From Vulcanimicrobiota bacterium (GTDB lineage Bacteria > Vulcanimicrobiota > Xenobia > Xenobiales > JADMJV01), in assembly GCA_050250895.1 (NCBI GenBank), contig JBFWNU010000001.1, positions 744,008 through 808,007 of the forward strand: a DNA stretch of 64,000 nucleotides, given 5' to 3'. Positions 38,301-47,222 of this stretch are shown here, piece by piece. Numbering within the stretch: position 1 is the first letter of the stretch; every line of letters starts with the position of its first letter. The position numbers were made by a program, and so were the translations under genes. Under the pieces are notes generated by a model, which saw only the letters and a program-made list of their open reading frames with translations, was not told the DNA's origin and ran no database searches.

Positions 38301-40156
38301 ACCCGAAAAACGTCGATGGTGGCCATCTGGCCCGAGCGTCGTCCGCGGGTGGAAATCTTGTGCGAACTCTGTAGCAGCACTCGCAGGCCCAGGTTCTCGA
38401 GCACGGGCAACACCTGGCTCAAGACCAGGTTATCATCGCGGTGATAGATGCGCACATGGCTGGCGGCCTCGCCATAGCGCTCTTCCATCGGGTTGACGAT
38501 ATCGACCCGGTAACGATCTTCGCTGTCGAGCAGGCTGCCGATGTTGGTGATGTCGCGCACCGCCATGCCCAGGGGCGCCGAGGCTACATAACCGTCAGGG
38601 AAAGAGTTGGCGTAATCCTCAGCCAAACGATGTCCGCGGGCTTCGCCGTGGGTCGAGACCAGCTTTTCGGTCAGCCGGTCGCTCCAGGTCTTGGTCAGGT
38701 CGACCACCTTGCGCTCGAGTTCGGGCAGGTCGATCCCCTGCATGTCGACATCCGTGGTCAAGAAGAAGTGAAAGCGAACCTGCTCTTCGTCTTCACCCAT
38801 CGACAGCTGATAGTCGACCTGGTTGGCCGCGAAGGTCTCGGCCAGCAGCTCTTGCACATCGTTGCGCACGGCCGTGTTGAAGCGATCGCGAGGCATGATC
38901 ACCATGACCAGCAAACCGCGGGCCAAAGGATCAGGGCGGATGGTCAGTCGCACCTCATGCTCTTGTTGCATGGCCATGATCGTGCGGATGTCGCGGTGAA
39001 GCTCGACGGCGTCAGACCAGAAGAGCTCTTCGCGGGGCATCGAGTTGAAGATGGTGACGATCTGTTTGTAGTCGTGCGAACCTTCGATGGCCTGGTCAAG
39101 ATCCAGAACCTGGCGCAGACGATGGCGCAGGATCGGAATGTCCTTGACCGGAGTGGTCAGCGCCCCCGAGGTGAACAAACCTAGAAAGCGCATCTCGCCG
39201 ATGATGTTGAAGTCTTTGTCGAGCTTCTTGAGACCGACATAGTCCATGCGCACGGGGCGATGCACGGTCGACTCGGCGTTGGCCTTGGTCACGATCATCA
39301 GCGGCCCGCTGGTGACCCGCTGGCGAAGATTGTCGGGAAGCTGGCTCAACTGCACGGGCTGCTGATAGTTGCTGCTCTCGAGGTTCTTGAGGATGCCCAG
39401 GGCCGTATCCTTGTTGACCTGTAGGAAGCGACCTTCGGGCTTCTCGAGAATGTCGTATTCACGAAAACCGAGGAAGACGAAATTGTGGTAGGTCAGCCAA
39501 TTTAGGAAAGCTTCACACTCTTCGAGATGACCCACCTGAGGGTCGTCTGGGCAATCGCTACGCAGTCCCGCCAGGCTCTCGCAAAGACTGGCCACTTTGG
39601 CTCGCATGGCCTGGTAATCATCGGTCGCCATTACCACATCGCGAAGCACCTGGCCGACCCGTTCTTCGAGGGAACGGAGCCCGGTCTCATCCTCGACCCG
39701 CTCGACCAGATACAACTCGTAGACCTCGCGTCCAGCCTCGGAACTACGGGTCAGATCGCGCCGCAGGCGACCCTCGTCATCACGATGAGTGTAGTAGATC
39801 GGGTGCAGCAGGTGGTAGATGTCCAGGCTCTGGCGCTTGAGTTCGTGGGTGATCGAATCCACGATGAAGGGCCGATCGCGCAGGCTGACCTCGAGCGCGG
39901 TCCAGGGGCAATCCCAGCCGTCGGCCTCGTAGCTCGGATTGAAGGCGCGCACCCAGATGTCATCGGGGCGGCGTTCTTCGAGCACCTTGAGCGCGCCCAG
40001 GGTGATCGCCATGAGACTTTCGGGATCGAACTCTCGCAAGAAGCCAGGGGAGGCCTTCTCGAAGAGCAGAGTGGAGAACTCCTTAAGGAAAGAGGTCTCT
40101 TCAGTCGGCACGCGACGCTCGATATGGTCGGCCAACTTCTCCAGGGTCGCGGTCAC
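35375..40156 (-). CDS. Large NAD-specific glutamate dehydrogenase (GDH2/GdhB type)
   Basis: ARGGLRWSDR, KNAVIVPVGSKGGF, VVAADKGTATFSD, GIGDLSGDVFGNG, EGGNQG, DNSAGVD.SDHEVNIK; GGAGG upstream of GTG at 40156. Confidence 0.95.
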   Translation of the reverse strand: MTATLEKLADHIERRVPTEETSFLKEFSTLLFEKASPGFLREFDPESLMAITLGALKVLEERRPDDIWVRAFNPSYEADGWDCPWTALEVSLRDRPFIVDSITHELKRQSLDIYHLLHPIYYTHRDDEGRLRRDLTRSSEAGREVYELYLVERVEDETGLRSLEERVGQVLRDVVMATDDYQAMRAKVASLCESLAGLRSDCPDDPQVGHLEECEAFLNWLTYHNFVFLGFREYDILEKPEGRFLQVNKDTALGILKNLESSNYQQPVQLSQLPDNLRQRVTSGPLMIVTKANAESTVHRPVRMDYVGLKKLDKDFNIIGEMRFLGLFTSGALTTPVKDIPILRHRLRQVLDLDQAIEGSHDYKQIVTIFNSMPREELFWSDAVELHRDIRTIMAMQQEHEVRLTIRPDPLARGLLVMVIMPRDRFNTAVRNDVQELLAETFAANQVDYQLSMGEDEEQVRFHFFLTTDVDMQGIDLPELERKVVDLTKTWSDRLTEKLVSTHGEARGHRLAEDYANSFPDGYVASAPLGMAVRDITNIGSLLDSEDRYRVDIVNPMEERYGEAASHVRIYHRDDNLVLSQVLPVLENLGLRVLLQSSHKISTRGRRSGQMATIDVFRVQDKRSGKPLDVRKDKKRLVEAMVVLLEGRAENDRLNGLITSGGLSWREVSLLKTYQMYLSQVSVGTSRHFINDTLLAHPECAAELYRYFAARFDPELADRQTAMEEHRTNFFDLLNGVSSLAYDRTLRNLFNLMESTVRSNFFKAKEFISHKVSSRQVKEMPEPRPLYEIVVSGPGVEGIHLRGGMVARGGLRWSDRPDDFRTEVLGLMKTQMTKNAVIVPVGSKGGFVVKRAPQDREALMNYVVEQYKTFIRGLLDLTDNNQRGEIVHPEGLVIYDGPDPYLVVAADKGTATFSDIANSVSAEYDFWLGDAFASGGSQGYDHKKEGITARGAWEGVKRHFFELGIDVMQEEFTCIGIGDLSGDVFGNGLIYSDKTRLQAAFNHMHIFLDPNPDAARSFVERKRMFELPRSSWEDYDTSLISPGGGIFKRAAKSIALSPEVRQMLGVEASELSGQDLIRAILKMKVDLLWNGGIGTYVRSSSETDRDVGDSSNDAVRVSAPELGARVIGEGGNQGFTQLARIEYARLGGCINTDAIDNSAGVDMSDHEVNIKILLQPLVTHGDISFQQRNQILEEMTDDVSRLVLEDNYWQTLCLSLAQQRSSEDMALFTSLMDYLVERGGLDKQVEFLPDRKALAERARNNEGFTRPELAIILAYTKMGLYRRILETNFPDEPLFSHYLYDYFPHLLTEKFADRIPKHPLYREIIATQFTNQVVDLLGITFVHRTIRDTGATPIQVLRAGLAAMEMVDVKPFIAKLRSYEKQVPASSFYYVLGGLVKALENVVNWILLTDTDLASLSTMIETYRERLADLRTNIKSLLPGSEHDRYDELLQRCIELGFPHEFATEVVGLDYVPSGIGVVDNSRIADIPLEVAAKRFYAVGERLKMGWLRDNLRAIQTTDKWETIAMVGLIMDLRQIQLRLSLSEQDFDTLQGSPVARYDQLVREIVEDGQLNLASGDVLARMLGQLAECSRRA

Positions 40157-40232
40157 GGTAAGTCCTCCAAGAAAATTCGTCTCGCCTATCGTTCCCTTTT
40201 CTACCGCCCGTAAACTCTCCTGGAGGGGGAGG

Positions 40233-42653
40233 TTAATTGTCGACAGGAACGCGCAAAAATGGGCCTTCATCGAAATGGAGTTCGAGCACGTAGGCTGACC
40301 TTCCGCGACTCACGAACTCCTCGTCGCCGGCATAGATCGTCAGCTCTCGGGGCCGACCCAGATCGAGGTCACACCCGTGTTGCTGATTGAGGACCAGGCC
40401 GCCGCTCATCACCAGGGCCACCCCTTCGTCGGCGTCGGGATGGGTCGAGCTGCGCAGGCCGCGACTGGTGGCCACATCGACCCGTCGCAACCTCCGCCCC
40501 GGGGCATCGACTGTGGCTTTCAGCTTGAGGGTCCGATGGCGGCCGAAGTCGGTCCCTCCGAGCCGCGCCTGGAGACTGACGACTTCGACACTGGCCCGGG
40601 TGCCGCGAATAGCCTTGGCACGGGCTGCCCACTCGTCGGCCTCTGGCCGTTGGATGGCTCGCAGACAGCGAGCCAGATGAGCGGCCGCACGGGCGGCCTC
40701 GAGATGCTCGGCCCCGAGCACGGTGCGACTGCGAACCAGGGGCCAACCGAGCCCTCCGGTGACGAGGTCGAGGGGCCAGCCGTGTCCCACCGTCCAGCCC
40801 ACATCCAGACGGTTGGACCCGATGTGGAGTTGCCAGGCAAGGGTGGCTTCGACCAGGGCCTGTTCCGGCTCTTTGAGGGCCAGCCAGGCCAGCGCCCTGA
40901 CGGTGTGGGCTCGGGCCAACCAGAGGCCATCAAGACCGCCCAACTGCTCGAGTCGAGCCAGGGCCTGACCCGGGCTCTCGGCGGCCAGCCAGGCCTGACT
41001 CACCTCGACGGCCAGCGCTCCCGTCGGAGCCCGCTCACTAAGCTGGCTGGTCTGCCCGGCCAAAAGGCACCACAGAGACCAGGATGCCTGCGCCTCGGCA
41101 GATTCTCGGCCAAACAGTTCGCTGTCGAGCTGCCAGCCCAGGTGGGCGGCCGCGGCCGCTTCGGCTCGGCGCCCGGCGGCTTCCAGCAAGGTGGCCTCGA
41201 CATCGGCCAGCCGAGCGCGACCGACGGGATTCTCTTTCCAGGCTGAAGGGATGGCGGCCAGCTGGCGTAGGGCCATCTCGAGCTGGCCGTGGCCAACGTG
41301 CAGCTCGAGCTGGGCCTGGCTCACTTCGAAGTGGGCCAGGCCTTGCTCGGGATGAGCCTCGAGCAAACGTGAGGCCGCCCGCCGGCAGTGGTGCTCGGCT
41401 TCCCAGAGGCGGCCTTGATGGCGAGCGCACCAGGCCATGCCGATCAACACCGAACTCAGATGCCAGCGGGCCGAGCCCGGTTGATCGCGCTGGGCTCGCT
41501 CGACGGCCGTCAGACAATCCAGGGCATCGGCCGGCCGGCCCTGGCGAACCAGCAGCTGCCCGAGACGCTGTTGGTCGGGCGGCTCGATGCCAGCCAGTTG
41601 ATGACCTAGACAGCGAAGGGCGAAGTATGGGCGAGCGGCGGGACGATAGCCGGCCCGAGTCAGCCCCGCAAAGACTCTTTGAGCCTCGGCAAACTGATGG
41701 TCAGCCAACAGCTGGCGGCCCCACCCTTCGGCCGCTCCGGCCACCTCGAGTTGGCCGGGTAGTTGCAACTGGTCCAGGTTGTCGAGCAGCGCCTGGCGAG
41801 CGACCAGGAAAGCCGCCCGCATCCATCCGAGAGCAGCCTGATGACGGTCGTCTTCGAGCAAGCGTAAACGTGTCATGTCCCGCCCGAGCGATGTCCAGCC
41901 CACGGCCTCGCAGGGCCAGTAAGGATCGGGTGGCTCGACCGCATAGCTGATTCCGTCCACCACCAGCCAGCCACGGCGCTCCCCACCGCCGAGGGAGACA
42001 AAGCCGGAGCCAATCTCCGAGCGCAAAGAGACGGCCCGCCAGGCCAGCGGGGCCAGCGGAGGAGCGGGCTGGCTGAGGGTGCTCACCCAGGCATCCAACG
42101 GCTCGTGTTGGAGTGGTTGTCCATCGAGACTGACCGGAATCGGTGACCAGCCGCAACGAGCGGCCAACTCGGTTCGGTCGAGAGAGGCGACGCCCACCTC
42201 GAGGGTCCAGCCCTCTTCGAATCCGTCCTCGTCCAACAGCGTCTGACCCTGCAATTCGGCCACCAGACGGACGTTGCCCGAGCCAACCCGGACCTGGGCG
42301 GCTCCCTCGATCATAAGGGTATAGATGGCCAGGCTCAGATCGGTAAAACCCGCTCGGGGGCGATGACCGAACATCTGGGCTAGCAATCCCCCCAGCTCGT
42401 GACGTCCCAGTTGGGGCCCCTCTGCCTCGAAGCGAAAACCGCGCCCCTGGCTCAAGATGCGAGCCGCCGTGGCCCCGAAACCTACCGCCGCCGACACCAG
42501 CAAGAGGGGCGCGTCTCGCAGGCTCAGGGCCGAGAACTCTTCGAGCCGTCGGCGGGCGGCGGCGGGGTCGAGTGTAAAGACCAGGTCGGCCTGCTCGAGG
42601 GCTCCCTCCTCGTGCAGTCGACTCAGAAACTGCTGGAGGCGGTCGGCCTTCAA
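40233..42653 (-). CDS. Hypothetical protein: degenerate GHKL/HATPase-like N-terminus plus TPR-like helical repeats
   Basis: TTG at 42653 overlaps the peptidase stop (TTGA); FTLDP..AR..L..F...LVSAAV..GA pattern; Ala-rich TPR-like repeats. Confidence 0.55.
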   Translation of the reverse strand: MKADRLQQFLSRLHEEGALEQADLVFTLDPAAARRRLEEFSALSLRDAPLLLVSAAVGFGATAARILSQGRGFRFEAEGPQLGRHELGGLLAQMFGHRPRAGFTDLSLAIYTLMIEGAAQVRVGSGNVRLVAELQGQTLLDEDGFEEGWTLEVGVASLDRTELAARCGWSPIPVSLDGQPLQHEPLDAWVSTLSQPAPPLAPLAWRAVSLRSEIGSGFVSLGGGERRGWLVVDGISYAVEPPDPYWPCEAVGWTSLGRDMTRLRLLEDDRHQAALGWMRAAFLVARQALLDNLDQLQLPGQLEVAGAAEGWGRQLLADHQFAEAQRVFAGLTRAGYRPAARPYFALRCLGHQLAGIEPPDQQRLGQLLVRQGRPADALDCLTAVERAQRDQPGSARWHLSSVLIGMAWCARHQGRLWEAEHHCRRAASRLLEAHPEQGLAHFEVSQAQLELHVGHGQLEMALRQLAAIPSAWKENPVGRARLADVEATLLEAAGRRAEAAAAAHLGWQLDSELFGRESAEAQASWSLWCLLAGQTSQLSERAPTGALAVEVSQAWLAAESPGQALARLEQLGGLDGLWLARAHTVRALAWLALKEPEQALVEATLAWQLHIGSNRLDVGWTVGHGWPLDLVTGGLGWPLVRSRTVLGAEHLEAARAAAHLARCLRAIQRPEADEWAARAKAIRGTRASVEVVSLQARLGGTDFGRHRTLKLKATVDAPGRRLRRVDVATSRGLRSSTHPDADEGVALVMSGGLVLNQQHGCDLDLGRPRELTIYAGDEEFVSRGRSAYVLELHFDEGPFLRVPVDN

Positions 42654-44356
42654 TCCAGGCTGAGCTTTCGGCTCAGTCGCCCTGCCCGATCGTGGGCGAT
42701 GGTCACTTCGACCGCTACCCCGGCCCGCCCGCGCACGACCCACTCCAGACGCACCCGGTCGGGAGTGCCGTCGGCCTGCAGCCGAACGGGACTGGTCGGC
42801 AGATGGGCCTTGCCCTGCAGTTGACCGGCCTCGGTCCGCAACTTGCCCACCGCTAGCTCGACCCCCTCCGGCAGCTTGAGTTCGACCTGAATCGGACGCG
42901 GAATCTTGCGCTGTTCGGCCTTCTTGGTCACGGTCGTCGCGAGCCAGCCGCGGTTCTCGATGACCAGCTCGAGGCGCCATGACTCGTCTCCCAGGCGGGT
43001 CACCTTTTGGCGCAGCACGGCCAGCCGAGGAGTGGTCAGCCCGTGCCAGAGGACCCACTCGGTCAGCGGTTCTAGCTCGCGCTCGAGCAAGCGAGGCGGC
43101 GGGTTACGGAAGGCATACATGAAGTCCCACCCGCCGATCTCGACCTCGCCGAGTTGGGGGTGGGTGAAGGCCCGCCAGTTCTCGAAAGCCGCGCCTTCGA
43201 GCACTTCGTCGTTCCAGCGCAGCAAAGCCAGGTCTTCTTCCACCGGATGCTGCCGCCACCAATCGATGAACCGATAGCCCCCTCGCTTGGTCTCGCGGTC
43301 GAAACCTTTGGTGATACCGGCCTGACGGTGAGGTGACCAGATTTCGACCGTCCAGGCCAAGACGCCTAGATGGTCATACACCCAGTCGTCAAAAGCGCCG
43401 GTGATGGTCTCTTCGGGATGATAGCGAAAGTCGTGATAGATCGACAGGGCTGGATACCCGGTGAGCTCGGTTCCCTTGTTGCCGAAGTACTCGTACAACC
43501 AGAGGTCCTCGGCCGGAAACTTCTCGTCGGGCTTGGTGCTATAGGGCCGCAACAGCACCCCCGAGTAGGTATGAAAGGTGAGGGCGTGACAGATGTTGGG
43601 ATGGCTCGAGATGAATTGGACCACAGCCCGGGTCTCGGGCTCGCTGCCGGGAAACGGCCCCGCTCCCGGTTGCTCGGATTCCGTGCGCCAGCCCGAGGGA
43701 AAGTTACGATTGAGATCCAGCTTCTCTTTGCGAGGCGCCGCCTCGAGAATGGCCCCGTCATAGTCGCCCAACAGTCGACCTTCTGGCATGAGTCGATAGA
43801 ATGGGCCCTCGAGATCCCCCGGTTCGCGACGCACCATCAACCGAGGCTCGTCGGGATGCACGGTCCAGGCGCCGTTCGAGTCCTCGATACGCATCATCAG
43901 GATACGACCGTCGCCATCCACATCCTCGGCCTGCAAGCCGTCGATGGGCTCTTCATCGTAAGGATAAGGTCGAACCGAAGAGCGCAGATAGACAGGATGG
44001 TCCTGCAAGGCCCACTCGGCCCCGTCAGGATTGACCCGAGGCACGACATAATAGGTACGCGTGTCGAGCACCAGGGTCACCGCCCGGTCCTTGCCGTCGC
44101 GCTCGGCGAAGGTGCGTAGCAGGTGCAAGCAGGCGGAGGAGGCCGAGAACTCGGTGGCATGGATGTTACCATCGACCCAGACCGCAGGCTTGTGATCGGG
44201 GGGACCGGTTTCGCGGCGGGTCACTTCCATACACCAGATCTCTCGCCCTTGATAGCTCTGCCCCAGGCTGGTCAGGCGAAAGATATCGGGGTGAGCGGCC
44301 GCCAGAGTCTGCAGATGGGCGGTCAACTCTTCGTAGCGATGATAGCGCTTGAACAT
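42650..44356 (-). CDS. M14-family zinc carboxypeptidase
   Basis: GNIHATE (HxxE), NPDG, DLNRNF, SEPETRA, FHTYSG, TVE. Confidence 0.92.
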   Translation of the reverse strand: MFKRYHRYEELTAHLQTLAAAHPDIFRLTSLGQSYQGREIWCMEVTRRETGPPDHKPAVWVDGNIHATEFSASSACLHLLRTFAERDGKDRAVTLVLDTRTYYVVPRVNPDGAEWALQDHPVYLRSSVRPYPYDEEPIDGLQAEDVDGDGRILMMRIEDSNGAWTVHPDEPRLMVRREPGDLEGPFYRLMPEGRLLGDYDGAILEAAPRKEKLDLNRNFPSGWRTESEQPGAGPFPGSEPETRAVVQFISSHPNICHALTFHTYSGVLLRPYSTKPDEKFPAEDLWLYEYFGNKGTELTGYPALSIYHDFRYHPEETITGAFDDWVYDHLGVLAWTVEIWSPHRQAGITKGFDRETKRGGYRFIDWWRQHPVEEDLALLRWNDEVLEGAAFENWRAFTHPQLGEVEIGGWDFMYAFRNPPPRLLERELEPLTEWVLWHGLTTPRLAVLRQKVTRLGDESWRLELVIENRGWLATTVTKKAEQRKIPRPIQVELKLPEGVELAVGKLRTEAGQLQGKAHLPTSPVRLQADGTPDRVRLEWVVRGRAGVAVEVTIAHDRAGRLSRKLSLD

Positions 44357-44418
44357 TCTCTTGCGTTCGCAGCAATTCGGGATTGTCCCTGGGACCGGTC
44401 GATGCTATCATGGCAAAG

Positions 44419-44805
44419 ATGAATCCTAGCAAGCGAGCCAACCGTTGGGCTATACAAGGCGCCAAGATCGGGGCTATCTCGCTGGGAGTGGTGGGACTGG
44501 TTTCGGGCATGACCATCTGCATCGTCCTCAAACTGCCGGTGCCCCCCATTTTCACCACCGAGATGGGCATTCTGCTGGGCGGCAGCCTGGGCGCGCTGAT
44601 CGGCTACACCTGCTCTTTCCGCCGTGGCTTGCAGTCGCTGCAAGGCTTGACCGTGGGCTTGTCAGCAGGAGTGGCCCTCTGGTGGGTGGACTGGGCCCCC
44701 TTAATGGTTAGCCTGGCGCTGCTCGGGGCGCTAGGACTCTTCCTGGGCTACCAAATGCCGGAAGACCCCGAGTCGACCAGCGACTGGAAACTGGTCAAAC
44801 GCTAG
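44419..44805 (+). CDS. Small integral membrane protein
   Basis: About 4 hydrophobic helices; TG-C-TATCAT 7 nt upstream of ATG 44419 (ATG 44410 is an alternative). Confidence 0.65.
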   Translation: MNPSKRANRWAIQGAKIGAISLGVVGLVSGMTICIVLKLPVPPIFTTEMGILLGGSLGALIGYTCSFRRGLQSLQGLTVGLSAGVALWWVDWAPLMVSLALLGALGLFLGYQMPEDPESTSDWKLVKR

Positions 44806-44816
44806 CCGTCCAAGTT

Positions 44817-44834
44817 TTTACAATCTGTTTACAA
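44817..44834. promoter_or_regulatory. OmpR/PhoB-family-like direct-repeat box
   Basis: TTTACAA-TCTG-TTTACAA (11-bp period; minus strand TGTAAA-N5-TGTAAA) upstream of the LysM gene. Confidence 0.4.
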
Positions 44835-44885
44835 CTATCCGACGAAAACTGCGCTGCTCCAAGTGCTCGATGCAAGAATGGCAAT

Positions 44886-46421
44886 ATGAGCACGACCGTA
44901 TCCCCTCGAGCAGCAGAACACGCGGCCACCACCCGTCGCACCACCACCACTCACCGTTACGGCTCAGCCGACGCCGCCGAACGCTGGATTCGCTCCGAGC
45001 GAGAGCGTGACTCCTCTGCTTCAGAGACGACCACGCGTGGCACCACCTCGACCACCCACCGCTACGGCTCGGCTGACGCCGCCGAGCGCTGGATCGAATC
45101 CGAGCGTAACCGCGATGCTGGCGCCAGCGAAACCTCCGGCAGTTCCCAGACCCACCGCTACGGGTCGGCCGATGCCGCCGAGCACTGGATCGAAGCCGAG
45201 CGCGATCGCAACGAGGCCCAAACCCCTGCCCCCAACACCGTGCTCGCCGCCGATGACCCGGCCAACCCCTACCAGGGTGACTACAATTCCACCCAGGTCG
45301 AAGTGGTGCCGTGGGATCCCAATGATGACAATCCCAACGACCACCTCGAAGGCATCCTCACCAATCAGGGCTATTCGATCGAGGAGATCTATGCCGCCGA
45401 TGACCAGGGCCAAACCATGCTCGACCGTGTGGCCGAGGCTAACGATCTGCGCGATGCGAACTTGATCAGCCCCGGCCAGAACCTGGTTGTTCCTACAACT
45501 CAGGAGCCCACCCCCACCGAACAGCCGACCCCCGAGACCAGCCCTGAAACCCCTGAAACCCCGGCCCCCGAGGCGCCGGCCGAGCCCCCCCCCACTACGC
45601 CTCCGGCTAGCGAAGAGCCCCCCGCCCCGGCCGAGATGAACAGCCGCGAGGCCCTCGAGGTGATCGACCAGGAATTCAACTGGATCGACAACCCCGACAC
45701 CGGCCAGGGCAACGGCAAAGCCAGCGTCAACGACGACCTGCGCCGGTTCGACGCCCACGGCGACTGGAACAGGGATGGCTACGTCGACAACCTGACCAAC
45801 TCGGTCAACCCCGACACCGGCAACTTCTACACCGAAGAAGAGGCCGGCGCCCGCGCTGATCGCCTCGAACAGGCCGCCCAGACCGTTCTGGGTGACGAAG
45901 AGCTACTCAATCTGGTAGACGGCGGCAATGACGGCGACACCGGCGATGTCACCGACGGCAAGTTCAACCGCGATGATATCCAGCGCGCCAGCCAATTGCT
46001 CGAGGACGACACCCAGGCGGCTTTCGAAACGGTGGACCGGTATGGAGAGGCCTTCGCCTATGCCAACCCGCACAACAGCGGTGACGCTAATCAGGTCTAC
46101 CGCGGCGATTTCGAGCGGGTGGCCAACCTGGCCGACAACGAAGACTTCGCCGACTACGTGGCCGGCGACATCACCTTCGACGAATTTCAGCGTCGTGACG
46201 GCGACGCCGCCGAACTGGTGGGGAGTATCTACGACCACCTGCCGGAGGGCACCGACCGCCTGGACGCTCTCGACGAGATGATTGGCGCCGCTGGCGTGGT
46301 GCTAACCGAGGACCGCTTCGACATCGCCAACGTGACCGACGGCAACGCCGGCTACGAACGGGGCGACGGCGACTATATCACGCTCAACGGCGACGTGTCG
46401 GGGTTGCTCGACCTAGCCTAG
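44886..46421 (+). CDS. Acidic LysM-like domain protein with N-terminal repeats and Ca-binding-like motifs
   Basis: VAEANDLRDANLISPGQNLVVP LysM tail; 3x HRYGSADAAExWI; Pro/Glu linker; DxxDG-type motifs. Confidence 0.7.
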   Translation: MSTTVSPRAAEHAATTRRTTTTHRYGSADAAERWIRSERERDSSASETTTRGTTSTTHRYGSADAAERWIESERNRDAGASETSGSSQTHRYGSADAAEHWIEAERDRNEAQTPAPNTVLAADDPANPYQGDYNSTQVEVVPWDPNDDNPNDHLEGILTNQGYSIEEIYAADDQGQTMLDRVAEANDLRDANLISPGQNLVVPTTQEPTPTEQPTPETSPETPETPAPEAPAEPPPTTPPASEEPPAPAEMNSREALEVIDQEFNWIDNPDTGQGNGKASVNDDLRRFDAHGDWNRDGYVDNLTNSVNPDTGNFYTEEEAGARADRLEQAAQTVLGDEELLNLVDGGNDGDTGDVTDGKFNRDDIQRASQLLEDDTQAAFETVDRYGEAFAYANPHNSGDANQVYRGDFERVANLADNEDFADYVAGDITFDEFQRRDGDAAELVGSIYDHLPEGTDRLDALDEMIGAAGVVLTEDRFDIANVTDGNAGYERGDGDYITLNGDVSGLLDLA

Positions 46422-47134
46422 AAGCGGACCACGAACTGCGTCTTGACTTGCCATCCATCGGTGTCGATCTGAGGAGAACTCAACTGGTCGAGGGAAGATT
46501 GATAGCGGATGTCTAGATTCACCGATGTGTTGGTGGTCAAGCGACGGTCCAGCCCGACATAGCCCGAGGAAGCGTCGACCCCACGAATACCGTCCAGGGC
46601 CGTGACCTTGTCGACCCCGGTATAAAGGCGAAGATCGGGGTCGAACTTCCAGTCGAGCCGAATGTTCTCGAGCACCGCCGACGAGGTCTCCGGCATCGCG
46701 AAACGCCGGGCCGTCAAGCTGATCTGATCGGTAAAATCGACATCAAAAAGTTGGACATTGATAGGTCCTACATCCAGCGGGTTCAAGCGAGGAACGGTAA
46801 AGTTCGGACGCACTCCGAATTGGGACAACTCGGTTTCGAAACGGGTGACCATCTGGCGCAACGCGTCAAGTTCAGAATGGGTCACGAAGAGGCGCGCATC
46901 GCCCTGCAAGTCTTCGACCAGGCGAGCGACCTCGAGAGCGACTTCCCAGCGCGATTCACTGGAATCGCTCAACAGTCGGGGATTGACTCGCAGCAGCCCT
47001 TTTGAGGCGAAGTCACCTAGAATGTCGTGGGCCCAGTTCACATCTTCGTCGGCGGGCCGGGCGAGCGCAAAAGTGCTGGTCAAAATCACCAGCATTATCA
47101 CAATCCAGCAGCGCGATTTCGAAATTCTAAACAA
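46418..47134 (-). CDS. SLH-like envelope protein (shortened OmpM/SomA-like)
   Basis: Signal peptide; DVNWA...KGLL...SRWEVA.. then LRQMVTRFETELSQFGVR; ends with beta-signal-like WQVKTQFVVRF. Confidence 0.55.
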   Translation of the reverse strand: MFRISKSRCWIVIMLVILTSTFALARPADEDVNWAHDILGDFASKGLLRVNPRLLSDSSESRWEVALEVARLVEDLQGDARLFVTHSELDALRQMVTRFETELSQFGVRPNFTVPRLNPLDVGPINVQLFDVDFTDQISLTARRFAMPETSSAVLENIRLDWKFDPDLRLYTGVDKVTALDGIRGVDASSGYVGLDRRLTTNTSVNLDIRYQSSLDQLSSPQIDTDGWQVKTQFVVRF

Positions 47135-47142
47135 CCTCTGAC

Positions 47143-47151
47143 ATTATAGCA
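47143..47151 (-). promoter_or_regulatory. Consensus extended -10 promoter
   Basis: Minus strand TG-C-TATAAT, 8 nt before the TTG at 47134. Confidence 0.65.
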
Positions 47152-47222
47152 CACTTCCTGCTTTTTGGGGGCAGAATCTGGCCAAAGAAGGGCCTACTTG
47201 GCTCTTTTCGAATAGAAGTCCA

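Noticed and set aside
33577-43058. Long N-terminal extensions in the ORF track (33577.., 34758.., 40270, 43058)
   Set aside because: They overlap real genes; RBS or stop/start overlaps support starts at 34444, 35082, 40156 and 42653.
45500-45635. C-rich short repeats as a regulatory tandem repeat
   Set aside because: They simply encode the Pro/Glu/Thr linker of the LysM-like protein.
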